Below are positions 62,421-64,000 of a stretch of DNA of 64,000 bases, one piece after another. The notes under the pieces were generated by a model. That model saw only the letters and a program-made list of their open reading frames with translations, made no database searches and was not told the DNA's origin. This DNA is from Geosiphon pyriformis uo1. Taxonomy: Eukaryota; Fungi; Glomeromycota. The translations under genes and the position numbers were made by a program. The stretch is taken from NCBI GenBank assembly GCA_016748015.1, contig JAAOMT010000003.1, forward strand, positions 996,373 to 1,060,372. Direction: 5' to 3'. Each line of letters starts with the position of its first letter. Position 1 is the stretch's first letter.

Positions 62421-63205
62421 TGTTGCCTAGATTGGCCTGAATGGCTAGTCACATGTAGCAAATACATGAGCCACATTTAGTTAGATTTACTTAGCTTGTA
62501 TCTGTATACTAGATAGTAGTTGGGCTGCACTTATTAAACAAAAAAAAAATAAAATATTGTTGTTAATTTTAAGGAATTTTTTTTTGTTATTGCTGTTTTT
62601 AATAACTGGTTTATATTAATTAAAAAAAATAATATTAGAATTTTTTTTACTTAATCAAAAAAAATTATTTTAAAAGACAATTTCAAGACCAAATTAGTTA
62701 AACTTTTTTTAATTATAATACTTTTAAGATTAATAATATGATTTTTCAAGTTGATAATTATATTTGCTTTATTTTTGATTTTTTGATTTTTATTATCATT
62801 AATATTTTGCTGTTATGATTTTTGATTTTTGTAAATTTATAAATTTAATTATTATAAAACCTAATATTTTATGCAAATATTATATTTGATAAAAAACTCT
62901 TAAATATTGTTGTTGCTATAAATATTAAAGCTTAGATTATTTGTTTATATATTATCATTTTTTTTTATTGGTAAAAAATTTTATATTAAAATTTTTGTTT
63001 TTTTAATTTTTTTTTTGCTATTTTTGTAACTATACTTGTTTTTAATTTTGTAACAAAGTTTAAATTTTTTGGAATCTCAAATTTTAAAATTGTTTTTCTT
63101 AATTAAGTTTATTGTTGTGCTAATTAGTGTTTTGATTACTTTGGTTATTTTTTATAGTATATCCTAAGATTAAAAATAAGTATAATATTGGTTTTAATTT
63201 AATAG

Positions 63206-63242
<37 letters not shown>

Positions 63243-63608
63243 CAAATAAAATAATATGTTAAATAAAAAAACTTATATCAATTTAATAAAGCTTTAAAAA
63301 CTTCAATTTTCTAATATTAAGCAGAATACAAATAAAACTATTAAATAATTAAGTAATATTATTATAAATAATAGAACTTTAATTTTTATTATACATAAAA
63401 TATTTTTTTAGATTAGATTTTTATTCATAAATTCAATATAGTTTAGTCTAAACTAAATTTGTATTTAGTTATATATAAAAAATATATAATTCATATTTAA
63501 TTTAAAATTTGCTAATAGTTATATTATATTAAATTGTATTTGAATTTGCATATTAAATAAATAAATAAAAAATTTATAAATAAAAAAACTTTTTTTATTT
63601 TTTATTTT

Positions 63609-63929
63609 ATAATCACAATTAAAACAAAGAGTAAAAAAGTTTTAAATATTATTTTTCTTATTATAGTTAATGAAGTTTCAATAAAAAAAAGTTTTTTTGT
63701 TATTAAACCAATTAAGTAAATCATTTTAACAATATTTTTTTTAAATATTAATAATAAAAAACTGTTTTTGACAATTTTTAAAGTATTTTTTTATTTTTAA
63801 TTGGTAGTTTTTTCTTAATTAAAGTTTTTTTCAAGAAATACATTAAGTTTAGTCTTAATATTGTTTTTGTTTTTTCTAAAAATTTTAAAATTTTTAACAA
63901 TAAATTAATTAATAAGCTAATTTTTTTTG

Positions 63930-63940
<11 letters not shown>
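63609..63940 (+). pseudogene. Extremely AT-mutated older LINE ORF1 5' relic (copy c)
   Basis: Colinear by eye with 54665-54990 and with the reverse complement of 741-1045. Confidence 0.6.
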
Positions 63941-63966
<26 letters not shown>

Positions 63967-64000
63967 TATTATATTACAAATAATCAAAAAAGCCAAAGAA

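Larger units (their letters stand above)
55764..62549 (+). mobile_element. Full-length degenerate LINE, copy 6
   Basis: 5' hairpin UTR, ORF1, ORF2, 3' UTR, poly(A); TSD ATATTGTTGT at 55754-55763 and 62554-62563. Confidence 0.94.
54665..63170 (+). pseudogene. Extremely AT-mutated older LINE ORF1 relic (copy b), interrupted by LINE copy 6
   Basis: Starts MTKAKSK... like the relics at 741-1045 and 63609. Across the copy-6 junction it reads ...KLKSANL**YIV|VNFKEFFFVIAVFNNWFILIKKNNIRI, resembling the ORF1 'W-Q-x-A-V-V-x-F ... WSxLIxKDSVR' block. The right boundary is uncertain. Confidence 0.5.

Noticed and set aside
1-64000. CRISPR array, tRNA or rRNA genes
   Set aside because: No regularly spaced repeat-spacer array or recognisable RNA gene seen; the sequence is eukaryotic.

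Overview
AT-rich eukaryotic (almost certainly fungal; element and protein style suggest an early-diverging, Glomeromycotina-like fungus, which is inference only) window made mostly of decayed retrotransposons around one intact host gene. It holds five full-length LINEs of one broad family (ORF1 with RRM-like region and CCHC knuckle; ORF2 with APE endonuclease, RT, RNase H and C-terminal CCHC) plus three 5'-truncated insertions of about 48 bp, 207 bp and 3 kb. A 9.9-kb Ty3/Gypsy LTR element is nested in one LINE and carries a dUTPase, a large Cys-rich insert and an extra 3' ORF. There is also a Tc1/mariner relic, a possible Fanzor/TnpB C-terminal relic, and an intact two-exon DNF3-like P4-ATPase (phospholipid flippase) gene. 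All retroelements carry heavy C->T/G->A mutation in many sequence contexts with few indels, while the gene region keeps its CpGs, and several AT deserts are end-stage relics of older LINEs. This points to a repeat-targeted, RIP-like hypermutation process. The LINEs share a conserved, covarying multi-stem (possibly pseudoknotted) 3' UTR, an ATGA ORF1/ORF2 overlap, and show swapping of ORF1 and ORF2 modules between subfamilies. All alignments, counts and folds were done by eye.
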